Notes: generated by a model not told the origin, from the letters alone. A stretch of DNA of 64,000 bases from Phoronis australis (GCA_002633005.1 NMRA01000360.1:397049-461048), one strand, 5' to 3'; counted from the stretch's first letter, positions 37,690-50,150 are shown. Program-made: numbers and translations.

Positions 37690-37975
37690 CAAATTGATCA
37701 TTTCTTATTTTCACAACCAGAAAAGCGTTAGTACCTTGAGTTTTAGCTCCTCTCAGTAGCCATCTTCCGAAGCTATTGGACACTGGGTGGTGTGGTGATG
37801 AGACTGTTCCAAATTTTAGATAACTTATATCCCCCATTGTACCTAATGTAAACAGTGTCATCACCACGCCACCTAGTGTCCAATAGCTTCGGAAGATGGC
37901 TGCTGAAAGGTTCTGAAATTGTCAAGGTACGGGCGCTTTTCTGGTTGTGAAAATAAGAAGTAACCAATTTCAGAA
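37690..37975. mobile_element. Foldback element in the probable RBL 3' UTR
   Basis: Arms of about 115 bp (ttcttattttcacaaccagaaaagcg...gccatcttccgaagctattggacact.ggtgg.gtggtgatga.actgtt) and their reverse complement. Confidence 0.8.
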
Positions 37976-39591
37976 ACTGTCCAGTAGTCAGGCACACTTC
38001 GAGTACACTTTGAAATTTCAGGCGATGTGATTGGTCCAGTCTTGGTCGTGACTACAAATAAGATCAATTCGTGGCTTTAGAACGTGTTCTTATTGTGACG
38101 CCCATTGTATTTTGTCATTTCTGAAGCATTGTTATTTGATGTACTACTTTAAGTGAGATTGTGTTATCTAACATCTATTGGTATGCAATCTTTGCATTTT
38201 TATACAGCACTCTTTTTGTGAGACCCCTGTAGTGGGGTTAATTGTACGAGTAGTTTTTAAATCATATTGAAGTACTTCATTTTTACCTGCACTACACAGG
38301 AAGTTGGCATCTGCTTTTAACGCAAGTTTTAAATCGCATAAATTTTTATGCGAATTTGTTATTGCGAGAACATGGTTTTCAAGTTTTGCTGTCTTGCATG
38401 TTTCAAAGCCACGTGCTGTCCCTGTCTTAAGAATGTAGGTTAGGCAAACGTGGTGAAACAGACATTGACATGAGCAGTGGCACACTCCCTTCTGAAGTTG
38501 GATCTGTGCTTGTGCAACTGGACCCAAATGTTAATTTGATCTCATTGTAAATATTAGTTGGTTTGCTTGGCTAGAATTCGAGTCTGTTTTGCTGTTGCCG
38601 GAGCCAAGTACTGTGATTTTTGTTTTGTTGAGAATGCACCAAGTATTATAGTTATGTTTTGCATCACTCTACAGGTTCATGGTTGCAGCATGGGTGTAGC
38701 TGATGTTGAATCAAAAAATAGGCTGCAGGGCATACACATTTATGTTCTGCCATTGCCACATGATCAAAGTGATACATTGAGTTTACCCAGGTCAACCGTG
38801 CTCTTATTTTCCACCAGTATGTGGATGTGCATTGGTGAGTCACTGGATGTAAAAATATTAAGTTACAAAAAGTTACAAAGTGTATTCTAAACTAGCAGAC
38901 TGACATTGTTCCGAGGAATTGCCCTGTAGCTTTTTCGAAATTGTTATTTTACCAGTCTTATCTCAAAAAGAATTTAATAATTAATTTCCAAGATTACTTA
39001 AACCATTATAAAACTAGACTCAACAGGTCATTTCTAGGCCGACTGTTTGGTATTGCTGGAGACCATGTTCGTAAAGTTGGCTCGTCATGGCACCTAATTG
39101 TTGGTCATTTCCTAGCTCGGAAATTGCTCGTCAGTTGAGTAAAGAATGAGAAGAGACCATTTTTTGTGTTAAGTGTCTGGTCGCATCTTTGTACTGGAGA
39201 AGTGAAACTTTCAGACTCTGTATGTTGTTAGAACAACAGTGCGCTCTATTGAGTGGATGCCTCTGCATGCCTGTTACACCATAACAGACATATCCTGTTC
39301 CATTTCACAAGTCCATTTTTAGTTTCAACAATAATCGGCAATTGTTTTGCTGACGTCAGTTATTACAGAGATGTTGTTTTAATTGCTGCATAATTAAATG
39401 GTAATTATTTGTATACATTGTACAGTCTTAGAGAAATAGTTTTATAGTATTAGCATAGATTTACAGTTTTGCCTGAACAGCAGCATTTTAAGAAATAGTA
39501 TATTTATGGTTCCTTTAGTTTGTTGTGTTTGCAATATATTAATTCTTAATTATGATAATCTAAATTAGGTCGCTTATATGAATCATGCTTC

Positions 39592-39597
39592 AATAAA
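39592..39597 (+). terminator. Probable polyadenylation signal of the RBL gene
   Basis: AATAAA after an AU-rich distal 3' UTR. Confidence 0.45.
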
Positions 39598-40046
39598 TTT
39601 GAAAGGTTTATTGGCAATTTATTACCCTTTTGGATGTGCCAGTATGGAAAATGAGGTGCTAATAAGCACACAAATTGTGATGAAGTTTTAGAAATTTTAG
39701 TTCATTTGATTACCACATTCACCAATTAAATTGGCCGAGGTCGCTCTCAGAAAATTACAACCTTGTATAATGAGGCTTGGAAAATCTTGACGTGCGAATT
39801 CCAAACAACCCAAAGGAGGATGTAGAGGACCAGACCTCTTCCTGCAGTGAGAAATAATGTGGGAGCAATTCAAAGTTTTTACTTGGGAAATTGCACTCTG
39901 AACACTTGAGGATATCCAAGATCAGACCTTACTGCATTGACTTAAAACATGATTGTAGCATGTGCATCAAACCTGAAGAAGTTATCCTGGTGGAACTGCA
40001 TGGAATGAATTTGTTACAGTATTTCTATAATGGTAGTAACCATGGC

Positions 40047-40185
40047 GAAGTAATACACACTTGTAAGGAAGTAACTATGGTGAACCAGAAGTAACACACA
40101 CTTGTAAGGAAGTAACTATGGTGAACCAGAAGTAACACACACTTGTAAGGAAGTAACTATGGTGAACCAGAAGTAACACACTTGT
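40047..40185. repeat. 41-bp minisatellite, about 3.4 copies
   Basis: gaagtaacacacacttgtaaggaagtaactatggtgaacca. Confidence 0.9.
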
Positions 40186-41966
40186 GAGTAAAGACAATAT
40201 AACGTTAACAAAAGAGCAACAAACTTTGTTTTGAAAAGTTCAAACATTCTTAGAAACTAAAACTGGTCAGTTTTCTAATATCACCAAAAGCGTGTACGAA
40301 TTAGTCATGGGGTATCTACAACTACCTTTGTCTGGTGAAGTGGGGTTTAAAAATGGCCATCTGACAAGTTTGTGCAGTAATTTTGAGAGATGGAGTAAAT
40401 GATCACGTTGAGTTCACTAGAAATCTCCAACACCCACTGTACATGGTGTGTGCGTCTAACACCCACTGTACTTGGTGTATAGTTTAATAGTATGCATGTT
40501 GATATCCAAAACATGCGTACAAGAGAAAAACACTTGAAATTCATATTGAGGAATAAGATAATTGAAATCCAAGCGTGATTAGTACACCATTCCAATGACT
40601 GTAATTTTAAGTACGCCCTCACTTTGTGGTCACAAGTAATAAGTTTCAATTTCCAATTTTGCTCTTATGCATGTCTTTTTATCTTTATTTTGACTTTATT
40701 CATGCAAAAACTTCATTTCAGTTAAATTTTGCAACAAACAATATTTCTATCACACAAACCTATTAATTTGTGGAACAATACACCAAATTGAAATTTTTCC
40801 TTTTTGTCATTGATCATTTCAAGCCCTGATTAGCCAGAGTAAATTCACACGTAGATATGCATCACGAGTTTGTACTACTACTGACAAATTCAAATGTGGA
40901 ATACAAATCCCTGCATCATGGTAACTGAATTCTATATCAATTAGTATACAATACAGCTGCCATGGGAGTGGTAGAATGGAATGTTATATACACAAACAAA
41001 TGCCACAAACCAGGGCTGTGTGCGTTGTAAATGAAAGTTGTGAGAAAAGCTAGTCTGATCATTTGCTTCTCTTGTAATGCACAGCGACACCTAGTGAGGA
41101 CTTGTATGATCTTGTGTTTTGCAAGTGACTTGTGTCTGCAGAATGCACCCAAAGTATGTTGTGATGCAGTTTGTCAATACTCGAAACAGTTTTGAGTGAG
41201 AAAGGTTATAAGAGAAAAATAAAATGACACATGACCTGGAGAATTACAAAACATTTGAACTTTGAAGTCCACCTCAAGATATAATTGATCCAGTTTCAAG
41301 AAGCAACAGATTCCACCCATGAATACTACATTTTTCGTCCATGTATGTCTAAGAAAAATGGGTGACCCAATGCCAACAGACCTCTATAGTCATTGTGTGT
41401 AGAACAGTGTGTAGAACTCTGGAAGAAACAGAGACCCATGCATTCTGATCATGGCTTTTGCACATGAAATTTCTTGAACTATCTTGGATGTTTGGTGTTT
41501 TGAGGTGGAATCTACTTTCGTAGAGTCGGGGCCTTCAACCCCTCGATTTTGGGGCTGAATATCGGCCCCATTCCCCCTGAAAAATTCCGAAAAATCACGC
41601 GAAATTCTCCTCGTGAGGCCTAAAAATTACCCTCTAGGTTTGAATCATTTGTAACTCAGTCTCACACAAGTGACTATTTGAATAAGTGCGAAATGTTAGT
41701 TTTGGCTACTTGAGGGAGAGCCTATGAAGGCTTGCAACAGGGTGGGGGTGCTAATGGCAGGTAGAATTTTCCCCTCACTCCCAAAAAATCCCCTCTCAGA
41801 AAGCACAGGCAACTTTCCTCTCAAGTAAACGAGGGCCCTGAGTAGAGACATTTTCACAAGCTGAAATATCATCTCTCTCATTCAGGAGAAGAAAACACTA
41901 TGTTTTGCTACAACAGAAAGGCAACTTTGTTAAAAGTCGTAAATTGTCCCCGAAATTCCATTTTTA

Positions 41967-43679
41967 TTACTGCCTAATGCACATCACAGATTTCATAGGA
42001 CCAAACACGACTTCATCTAAAATGCATTTAATCCACACGATGTATTTGTCACCAGTGGCTTGCAAGCTCATAGATGTTCGCGACGTAACGTAGGCCTTAT
42101 AATCTGGCACGCCCACTTCCTCTACCCATAGTTCATAGCGAATGGATGTGCTTTCGATAAACTGCAGATTCCATGGCAGACCCCAGCTTAGTTGAAACAT
42201 CTTTTTTCCAGCCAATTCGTCATATTCACAAACAATGTCAAGAACTACACTTGGAAAAAGTGGAGGTACATCTTGCGCAATACTCTCTTGATGGTGACCG
42301 TTATCTAAAGTTTGTTTTACTAAATCGATAATTCCATTTACATCAACAACCGTGTCCTGATAAATTCTAAACAGCCACTCTGGGTCTGCACAACACAAAT
42401 GTAAAGGAACTTCCTCACTTGACAAAATTTTTAACTGGTCGGATTTGGATAAGTGACTGATTCCCCCTATACTAGGGTCTTCCTCTGGATGAGTTACAGT
42501 GTGTCTTTTATCCATGTTCCTCCAAGACAGATAGGTGACACTAGGGCTGCCTTTTTCAACCATTGTCTTATAAGGTGTGTAATGAGCTGGATTGACAGCA
42601 TATGGAAACAACTCTACGAGAATGGAATCTTCTGGGAGAAACATACCAAGCACCATCAGAGACCCATGCATTCCAATCATGACTTTGGCACAAGAAATTT
42701 CTTGGATGATCTCTTTAACAGTGTGTGTCTCGAGGCTGACTGAAACTACTTTCATGGACAATTCTTTCACAATCCGAAATATCAGTTCCCCCTCGTTCAG
42801 TACAAGTCTGTTATGTTTACGGGACAGTATGACAACAGTTTTCGAATGAAAATCACAGCCTTTGCTAATAGACAACTGGCCAGACAGAAAGCCTGTAAAT
42901 GCTTGACAGAGTGCTGGGTTAAATTTACTGCCCTGAACTGGACGCTGAGGCTCTTGAAACCCATAATCATACCAAACAGTACTTTTCGACAACCCCACAA
43001 AAGCATCAACAAAGCACACCAAATCAAATTGTGAACTCAACAGGTTTTTCTTCGTTAAGGGATGAAGACTTGATAACATCATGTAGAGATCTGTGAATTC
43101 TGTTTCTTCCACGTCATCCATAAACATTAACTGTAAGTCTAAAGGAGTGTTGAAAAACTGGTTCAGTATCCTGACAGTGTGCCACACAGGTAATAGATCG
43201 TCATGAAAAACATGCATGATGTTGTCTGGGTGGAACCGTGAAAACAACAAGGTTGTTGCATGAATGTATGTCCTGGTGAATGATGATAACGATGAAACTG
43301 GCAAGTCAACATAGTTGAAGAACTTGGCTGAATGATCCGACACAGATGAGAAATCCATCAGACTTGGACTATGCCGATCCTCGGGTAGTCCTTCAAAAAT
43401 ACTTGAGGTTTCATGGAAGATTACAAACTCATTCCATTTTGTAGAGTAACAGAGATTCTTGAAGCGGCAAACTCTGTTTGTGTGATTGCTTCCAGAACAC
43501 CAGATGGAGCTGTGAGTTGCATTTATACCCAAAGTTTCTCTTGATTTATGCGTAAAACTTTCCGTTTGACCATCTATTGTGTTTTGTACATAGTCAATAT
43601 AAAACTTTCCAAGTAAGAAAAACAAAAATGTTATCCACACATACAGCCACTCTGGCTTGGACAATCCAAATATAGACAT
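41967..43679 (-). CDS. POMGNT2: POMGNT2/GTDC2-like O-mannose beta-1,4-N-acetylglucosaminyltransferase (GT61), single coding exon, about 570 aa
   Basis: Uninterrupted ORF, first ATG at 43679 (MSIFGLSK). N-terminal type II TM segment, then RVCRFKNLCY, RFHPDNIMHVFHDDLLP, WYDYGF, RLVLNE, GMHGSL, VELFPYAVNPAHYTPYKT, HLCCADPEWLFRIYQDTVVD and an FN3-like tail (LSWGLPWNLQF, YELW). Confidence 0.92.
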   Translation of the reverse strand: MSIFGLSKPEWLYVWITFLFFLLGKFYIDYVQNTIDGQTESFTHKSRETLGINATHSSIWCSGSNHTNRVCRFKNLCYSTKWNEFVIFHETSSIFEGLPEDRHSPSLMDFSSVSDHSAKFFNYVDLPVSSLSSFTRTYIHATTLLFSRFHPDNIMHVFHDDLLPVWHTVRILNQFFNTPLDLQLMFMDDVEETEFTDLYMMLSSLHPLTKKNLLSSQFDLVCFVDAFVGLSKSTVWYDYGFQEPQRPVQGSKFNPALCQAFTGFLSGQLSISKGCDFHSKTVVILSRKHNRLVLNEGELIFRIVKELSMKVVSVSLETHTVKEIIQEISCAKVMIGMHGSLMVLGMFLPEDSILVELFPYAVNPAHYTPYKTMVEKGSPSVTYLSWRNMDKRHTVTHPEEDPSIGGISHLSKSDQLKILSSEEVPLHLCCADPEWLFRIYQDTVVDVNGIIDLVKQTLDNGHHQESIAQDVPPLFPSVVLDIVCEYDELAGKKMFQLSWGLPWNLQFIESTSIRYELWVEEVGVPDYKAYVTSRTSMSLQATGDKYIVWIKCILDEVVFGPMKSVMCIRQ

Positions 43680-45922
43680 TTTAGAAACATCAAAAACTCC
43701 CAATGCATGTGGGATAGGTTGAATAAAACTTCAAAACATATGCACTAGACAAGCTTGATTGTTGCGTGGCAACACAATGCCAGACAATGTGATGCCATTA
43801 TTGTTAACTAGAGAGCAACTTTTATGCAGCTGTTTTTAATTCACAAGTCCATAAAAAACGTGGTTTCTTTCCTGTTGTCTCAAGAGAACAGACCCCTGGC
43901 TCCACTCAGCATATTTCACTTTACAGGAATTGAGAACCTTCAGAAACCAGCAGTCCACATTAAGCATTTGATTGATATGCCATCACAAGTTGATTGATCA
44001 TTCTTCCATTCTTGATATATGTCTATGCTGAAAACAGAAGAACAACAATACTAGTGCGGCATTACTTGGTATTTTTAACTTTAAAGTTCTTGGAGCAAAA
44101 TACTACAAGCTACAGGGACATCTGACAACGGACAAAAGGGGCTCGAGATTCTCCATTTACACCAAATGCATACAATGATTAATACTAGACTGCATCAAAT
44201 AGCCGGGTAACAAGTGTCCAGGCTTTTCACGAATTGGGGCACAAGCAATACCTATTACTTGAATATCAGCATGGATACCAATAGCCTCGTCCTCATGCCT
44301 CAAAATGGAGCTGATTGAAGCTATCTTGAGGCTTGGGAACGAGGCTGGGATACCCATAGACGGTTCCACCATCTGAACTGGGCCAGCACAGCTGGCCAGC
44401 ATCCCATAGAGCTGCCATATGTCAGGCGCTTTTCAGCAAAATAGTTGCTACAAGTACCTTTTGAGCATACAGAGACATCTTGGGAGGCCGCTGATATCTT
44501 TAATTTCTTCCAAATCAAATAACTGGTTCAGTCATAAAGATTTCTTTCCAATACATTTCTTCGCTCATCATAGATACCATTTTGTCCACGTACAAGAGGT
44601 GCGACCCCAGCAGGCAAGTTTCAAGCACTAACTATATAACTCTGGCAGATCGCCAATGTAATGCGTTAGTGATGAGCTTACTCCCAAGGTCACAGAGGTC
44701 ACCCTCCTTGAGATTTAAAAATTTACAGATTGATGCAATCAAAGCAGAAATGTGTAAGTTCCCAGAAATAAGTCAGTTGCCGACTTCAGTAACTGCCAAA
44801 AACTCAGGTCACATTAGGGTATGTGTCACCAAGGACACCCACTGCCAAATCATTTCATATATATAGTTAGTCGACGCCATTAGAAGAATTTGATGATGAT
44901 GATGATGATGCCCTGACCAGCCATTTTTAAACAGCCAGTTGGGAAGCTTAATTTGCCGTTGGTAACAACATAAAGAGGTTGTCCATCTTGGTCTGATGTC
45001 TTAGTGATTTTCACCAGAAATCGTGCTGGAGCATGTAATATGACCTCAAAGAATACTGCTTAAACTCTATTATTTTTCTTTCAAAGTTGCAATTCATCCC
45101 GGCGATCAGCTGGCTGAAAATGTATTGAACTGGGTCTTTTACTTTCATAAAATCAGTCTCAGAATATTCCTTACCTAGACAGGACATTACAATATAAGAC
45201 AAAAAATCAGACAAAATACCATTTCATTGGCACCATCACAGATAATTCTGATAACATTAAAATAACTAGGGTGGAAAAAATCTAATCAAAGAATGGCTCA
45301 CCTGGAATTTCCGTAGATAAGCCCATGGGCGTGTATTCGGAAAATGAAAATTTTCAGGCATTTTAGTAACACCAAATAAATACCCGGGCATTTATTCGGA
45401 AAAGGGGGCGTGTAAATGGAAATTATGTCATAGTTTTACCGACATTGACATTTTTTGCTTAAAGCTGTGTTTTAATGAATGCATTCTTCGCCAACACCTT
45501 GTTTGTTTTTATGAGTGATAAATTTTCCACAAAGCTGAATTTGTGACAAAAAGTTGACACGGCGTGGGCTTTTAAAAGGAAAATTTCCAATGCCCCACTG
45601 CATGTCTGCATCAAAAGTTGAAACACCAAACAAACGCCCATGTAAAGAATTCAACATTGGTAGCTACACAGCGGCGAGAAACCCTTTAGAAGGACAAGTA
45701 CCTTTTACTTTTAGTTAAAACTTTACTTAGTTAGGACCTATTAGTAAAAACGTTTGGCCAAATTGTTTGGATTATAACTTGTATCCTCTACACTCCTACA
45801 GTACACTTGGGCAACATATCATTGTTTCGTTCCACAAAGTCATTAATCAACTACGCAGCTTCTTATAGGGCCAAAAGGAAATCAAGTCTGAATTTTGCCA
45901 TTCTGGATTGTTTTGACGATAC

Positions 45923-46012
45923 CTGAAGTCGCAGCGGATTCCTCAGTCGCCAAACTTAGTGAACTGCATAAGCCGATAAGCAACACGGCCACAGGGGGCC
46001 GCCATTTTGAAA
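45923..46012 (-). promoter_or_regulatory. Putative promoter and non-coding first exon of the POMGNT2-like gene
   Basis: Minus strand has caaaatggcgcgccccctgtgg (YY1-like and GC/CTCF-like motif) and a cag|gtatcg donor at 45922; a matching strong acceptor ttcttctgttttcag lies near 44028, upstream of the CDS. Confidence 0.4.
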
Positions 46013-46234
46013 AATGTAAATGTACAGGCGAAATTGTTTATTTTTATCATTTACAACACATTCACTTCATAAGTACACATAAACTAGAAAATTTAAATTT
46101 TCTTGCAACTTAAATCTAAAAATGACGCCAAAAAAGGCATATTAACTTAGACACTGACCGCGGCTACAGTTTATCTGTTGATCAGTGCCACCTTTCAGTT
46201 GGCGGTTAAACAATGAGAAACAATTTCCGTAGAC

Positions 46235-46260
46235 CAATGAGCTATACCAGGAGCTCATTG
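46235..46260. mobile_element. 26-bp TIR-only remnant (probable P-type excision footprint) with 7-bp TSD
   Basis: cgtagac|caatgagctataccaggagctcattg|cgtagac. Confidence 0.6.
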
Positions 46261-48824
46261 CGTAGACTCTGAATATTTCTAGTTGAGTATGTGTATATTA
46301 CGCCAGGCTAGTGTTGAATTACGTGGTAACAAATTAAGTTAAAGCAAAGCAGGGACTCCACTATGTTCCCTAGCTAATGCACCGACTTCGTGGCAATGAG
46401 GTTTTGATACAGCTAGGCACTTGTGAGCTCCATCCTCTTTCATTTTCATTATGATATTTTCTACGAATAAATTTCAATTTTGATCCCTTATTTCATGGAA
46501 ATAAAACTGAGACTACGTCGGAGATTTCAACATTTAGTTTACTAGCTTCGGCATCGCTTCTCAGTTAGCGCATATACAAATATCATTCAAGTTATAATAA
46601 GTATTTTTTTAATTTAAAAATTACTTTTTGATGTAAGCTACTGCTTCGTCCTCCTAGTCATTATCATATTGTTTTAATTATCGGGTCAGTGACCGTCTTT
46701 GTTCTCTCACTATAGGTGTAATAGTAGGCCTACTGTAAGTGATTTCTTTGTCTCCTCGCAACGCTACGGGTGCCATCATCCATAATTTAGTCCGTCTTCA
46801 ACTTTGTATTTTTCAGTCAATTAAGTTCTACACTGATCTCTCCCTCCCTTAATCCACTTTTTCCTATTTACTCTAATTTCTTATGTCGATGTCACGGCGT
46901 TGCTTTGGCATATTGTTTTCCATGTTTATAGTTCAATAAAATTATATACCATACCAGCGTAATGACTAGACCCGTAGCTCAGTTGAAGGCAAAGAAATAT
47001 TGGAGGGAGCACAAACCATTTCGACTTCGCCAAACAACTCGAATTGTGCACTGATCTGTACAGAATTCCTGTGGACTTTTGTCTCGTTTACTCGGACTTT
47101 TGGTTTAGCTGAGGAGGACCTTTTTGCCCAATTCACCAAACTGGAGGGCTCGTTCGGGAAACAGTAACAATATTTCATAATAGTAACCATCGGAAAAAGT
47201 CCTTTTGTGTAATTCACAAATAGTGGTCTTCACGTTCTTCAAAATTCCACCCTTTTGATGGCGGCAATCCTAATGTATTTTTTCACATTTTTGGTTGTTT
47301 GGGTCGAATGGCTGTGCTGTACACAAATGTTTTCTGTTTTTTTTTTTTGTTAAAGAAGTGACAGTGCATTCCACCGCCGTGTGGTCCCAAAATGGTGCAG
47401 GGAGTGACCTCCCTCATCAGGAAAGCCAGTTGCACGATTTCACAAAAAACAGGAAAATGGAGGTAATCGATTCTAACATTGGGCCTTCTCTCCGTGAGCG
47501 GCCCCTCAAAGAATTTGTCAATAAAAATACAAAAAGGGTGGCCACTTGAATGCATGTCATCAATGATCTCCTTCAAGGTCGAGGCCCCTAAATATTAGAA
47601 AACGCGCAGCAAATGATGATATCTGTCAGGTCATCAATTTTTCTCAAGTAGCCTAATATAGTTCCGAGAAAAATCTGAATAAAGAGAAAGTTGTCTCCGC
47701 TATCCCTTGCATCTGGAAAAATATAGTTTTGCATTCTTAAAATTGACTCGTTGAATTCAAAAATCCAGTGAATTAGTACGCTCCGCAAAAGCTTCTCTTT
47801 ACAAATTCCTCGATTTTTCGAAATATATATGTATGATTGATTTCGTGAACGTTTTCAATTGTGTTAAGAGGACCTGTGCTGCATAAGCGGAGACCCAAAC
47901 GACAATGTCCAGACCAGGGTTCTCAAAATGTAAACCATGTACTGATGCAGAGTTGTTAAATGTTCTCTTGAATTTTCTCTCTTATCCGTATTTCGCAGTC
48001 TTTCTTTTCTCGACTGTCGGTTGCCACAGCTTAACCGTGCGCCTGATCATTTTGGGGGGGCGCCCGTACCTCCCCCGTCCCCCCCCCCCGCTTCCTATTG
48101 CCCTGAACACCTGTAGTAATGCCGATTGTGGGCAGATTGTCACCGACCTTTAGCTCAGCATATTGCATAACTTTTGCATTAATCGATGTCAGTACTAAGT
48201 AGTTTAGTTTATCATGATATTTATGTCGTGTTGTCTCATCCTCACGTTTCACTATAACATAGCTTCGGTATCACTTCGCAGTTGGCGCAAACAAAGATAA
48301 GGATACAGATGGACAACATCAACAACAAAATTGTTGCAGCTACTGGTACTATAGGCTAACTACAGTGATATCTAAGATAGTAATAATTTTGAATTTGCTT
48401 CACGTAATTATCAGGCCTTAACCGGCCAACTTCGCCTGAACGGTGTTTGCGTTGATGACAGGATCGCGCGGACGATTAGAGGAGGTTTTATGTTATCCGT
48501 CGGCATTGAACGCGCGTGAGGGCTACAACATAGTCATAGGATAACAAGGGAGTCTAAAAGCAAATGTCTATACCTAGCTAGGCTATATAGCAGCGAGAGA
48601 GCTCCCAAAAAGTAGTGCGGTGTGAATACTTAAAATCGACCAAGAAACAAAACAGCAGAAAATAGGTTTGGTACGGTTATGCACAGGCATTTTCAAATTC
48701 GAAATAGAAAGTGATCGTCGTGGTTTTGTGGATTGACATGCATGCATATACACGCGTGTGTGTTTATGCATGCACGCCGACGGTAAGTTCCGCACTATAG
48801 GCAGACCTAACCGTCGTTGCTTAA

Positions 48825-50150
48825 GGCGAAGGCAACCTTTTTTCATGTCATTTTTAGCAAAAATAAGATTCATTGATTATCCAAGACATAGTTTTCACTT
48901 ATTTACTGCTTTTCTTAATTTAATTAATTACTCGTCGTCTACTCTGGAAGTGACGTTTTGGGAGGCAAGAATTCGCGCCAATTTCTTTTCATATTAGTAG
49001 TCCGACTGTGAGAGCAGTCGAGTCAGTCCTTGTTCTACTTCGGTTGTGATAAGTTCGGTCGTCGTTTGCTTTTGCTTACGAGTCAATCAACATGCCACGC
49101 TGTTGCTACGTACTGGGATGCACTCATTATTTCGTCTCACGTACAGAAGAAGAACTGTCTCACTTGACCGAGTGTCCCGCGACACACTCCCACTAGAGGG
49201 TGATCTGAGCACACAAACTGCTTACATCCCGCCGTGTGACTCCCTCGCGCCACACAACTGGCACCTTCTAAATAGCTCCAATACAAGTCTGCAATAAACT
49301 TATCAAACTTAGGCTCACCGATCTGTTCATTGGATGACGAACTGTCCTCTTCAATGGGTGTCGAACTGGGCGTGTATTCACTCCCACTACTTAACATCGC
49401 TGCAGGGCTGCTTAAAGACTCTGGGCTAGAGACTAACAGCACAGGGCGAATCACTGCTAGTTCCCGGAAGTGCACGCAATGGGGACGTTCGGAGGCACAG
49501 GTGACATCAGATGAAGTGCCTCCAGTCACTGTATATAGTGGCCACAGCTCGATCGCGAGGCTTCTCGCTTCTAAAAACGCACTTCTCGGGGTTGGCGACG
49601 GGGCACAGCGACGGTATGGTACCCTTCTTCAGGCGTTTTTTCGCAGGGACGTTCATCAATTCAGCGTAACTTATCTCTGTCATAATCTGACGGCAGAAAG
49701 TGCTTGCCACACACGCGGTAACCCTCCATTGCTTTGTACGTTGCCTGGACGGGTAGCGCTGCGTTCTTCACATGAACAAGCTAGCCAAGTACGGCGAAGT
49801 GTGTCACCCTTCGGAAAGCGACGCAAGGTACCCAAAGCGCGTGTGAGGCGATAATGAGTACATCCCGGCACGTAGCAACAGCGTGGCATGCTGACTGACT
49901 TGTAAGCAAAAGCAAACGACGACCGAACTTATCACAATCGAGGTAGAACAATGACTGACTCGACAGCTCTCACAGTCAAGATGAAAAGAAATTGGCGCGA
50001 AACTCTTACCTCCCAAAACGTCACTTCCGGAGTAGAGGACGATAAATTAATCAAATTACGAAAAGCTGTAATTAAGTGAAAAATGTGTCTGGGATAATCA
50101 ACGAACCTAATTTTTGCTAAAAGTGACATGGAAAAAGGTTGCCTTCGCCT
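48825..50150 (-). mobile_element. Kolobok-like DNA transposon derivative with a frameshifted THAP-domain ORF
   Basis: ttaa|ggcgaaggcaacc...ggttgccttcgcct|ttaa with TIRs of about 310 bp; - strand MPRCCYVPGC...FPKGDTLRRTW / YRVCGKHF / LKKGTIPS spread over three frames. Confidence 0.8.

Noticed and set aside
40047-40185. Regularly spaced repeats here, at 29761-29918 and at 56882-57021 as CRISPR-like arrays
   Set aside because: Units are contiguous with no unique spacers, there are no cas genes, and the context is eukaryotic; they are ordinary minisatellites.
43680-43703. TTG start given by the ORF track for POMGNT2
   Set aside because: Eukaryotic gene; the first in-frame ATG is at 43679 and an in-frame stop lies shortly upstream.
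44157-44600. Coding-looking stretch in the inferred POMGNT2 intron
   Set aside because: No consistent frame, splice structure or recognisable motif.
46966-47217. Possible second THAP remnant (YCFPNEP...W)
   Set aside because: Lacks the N-terminal CxxxxC and the CxxHF motifs; too weak to call.
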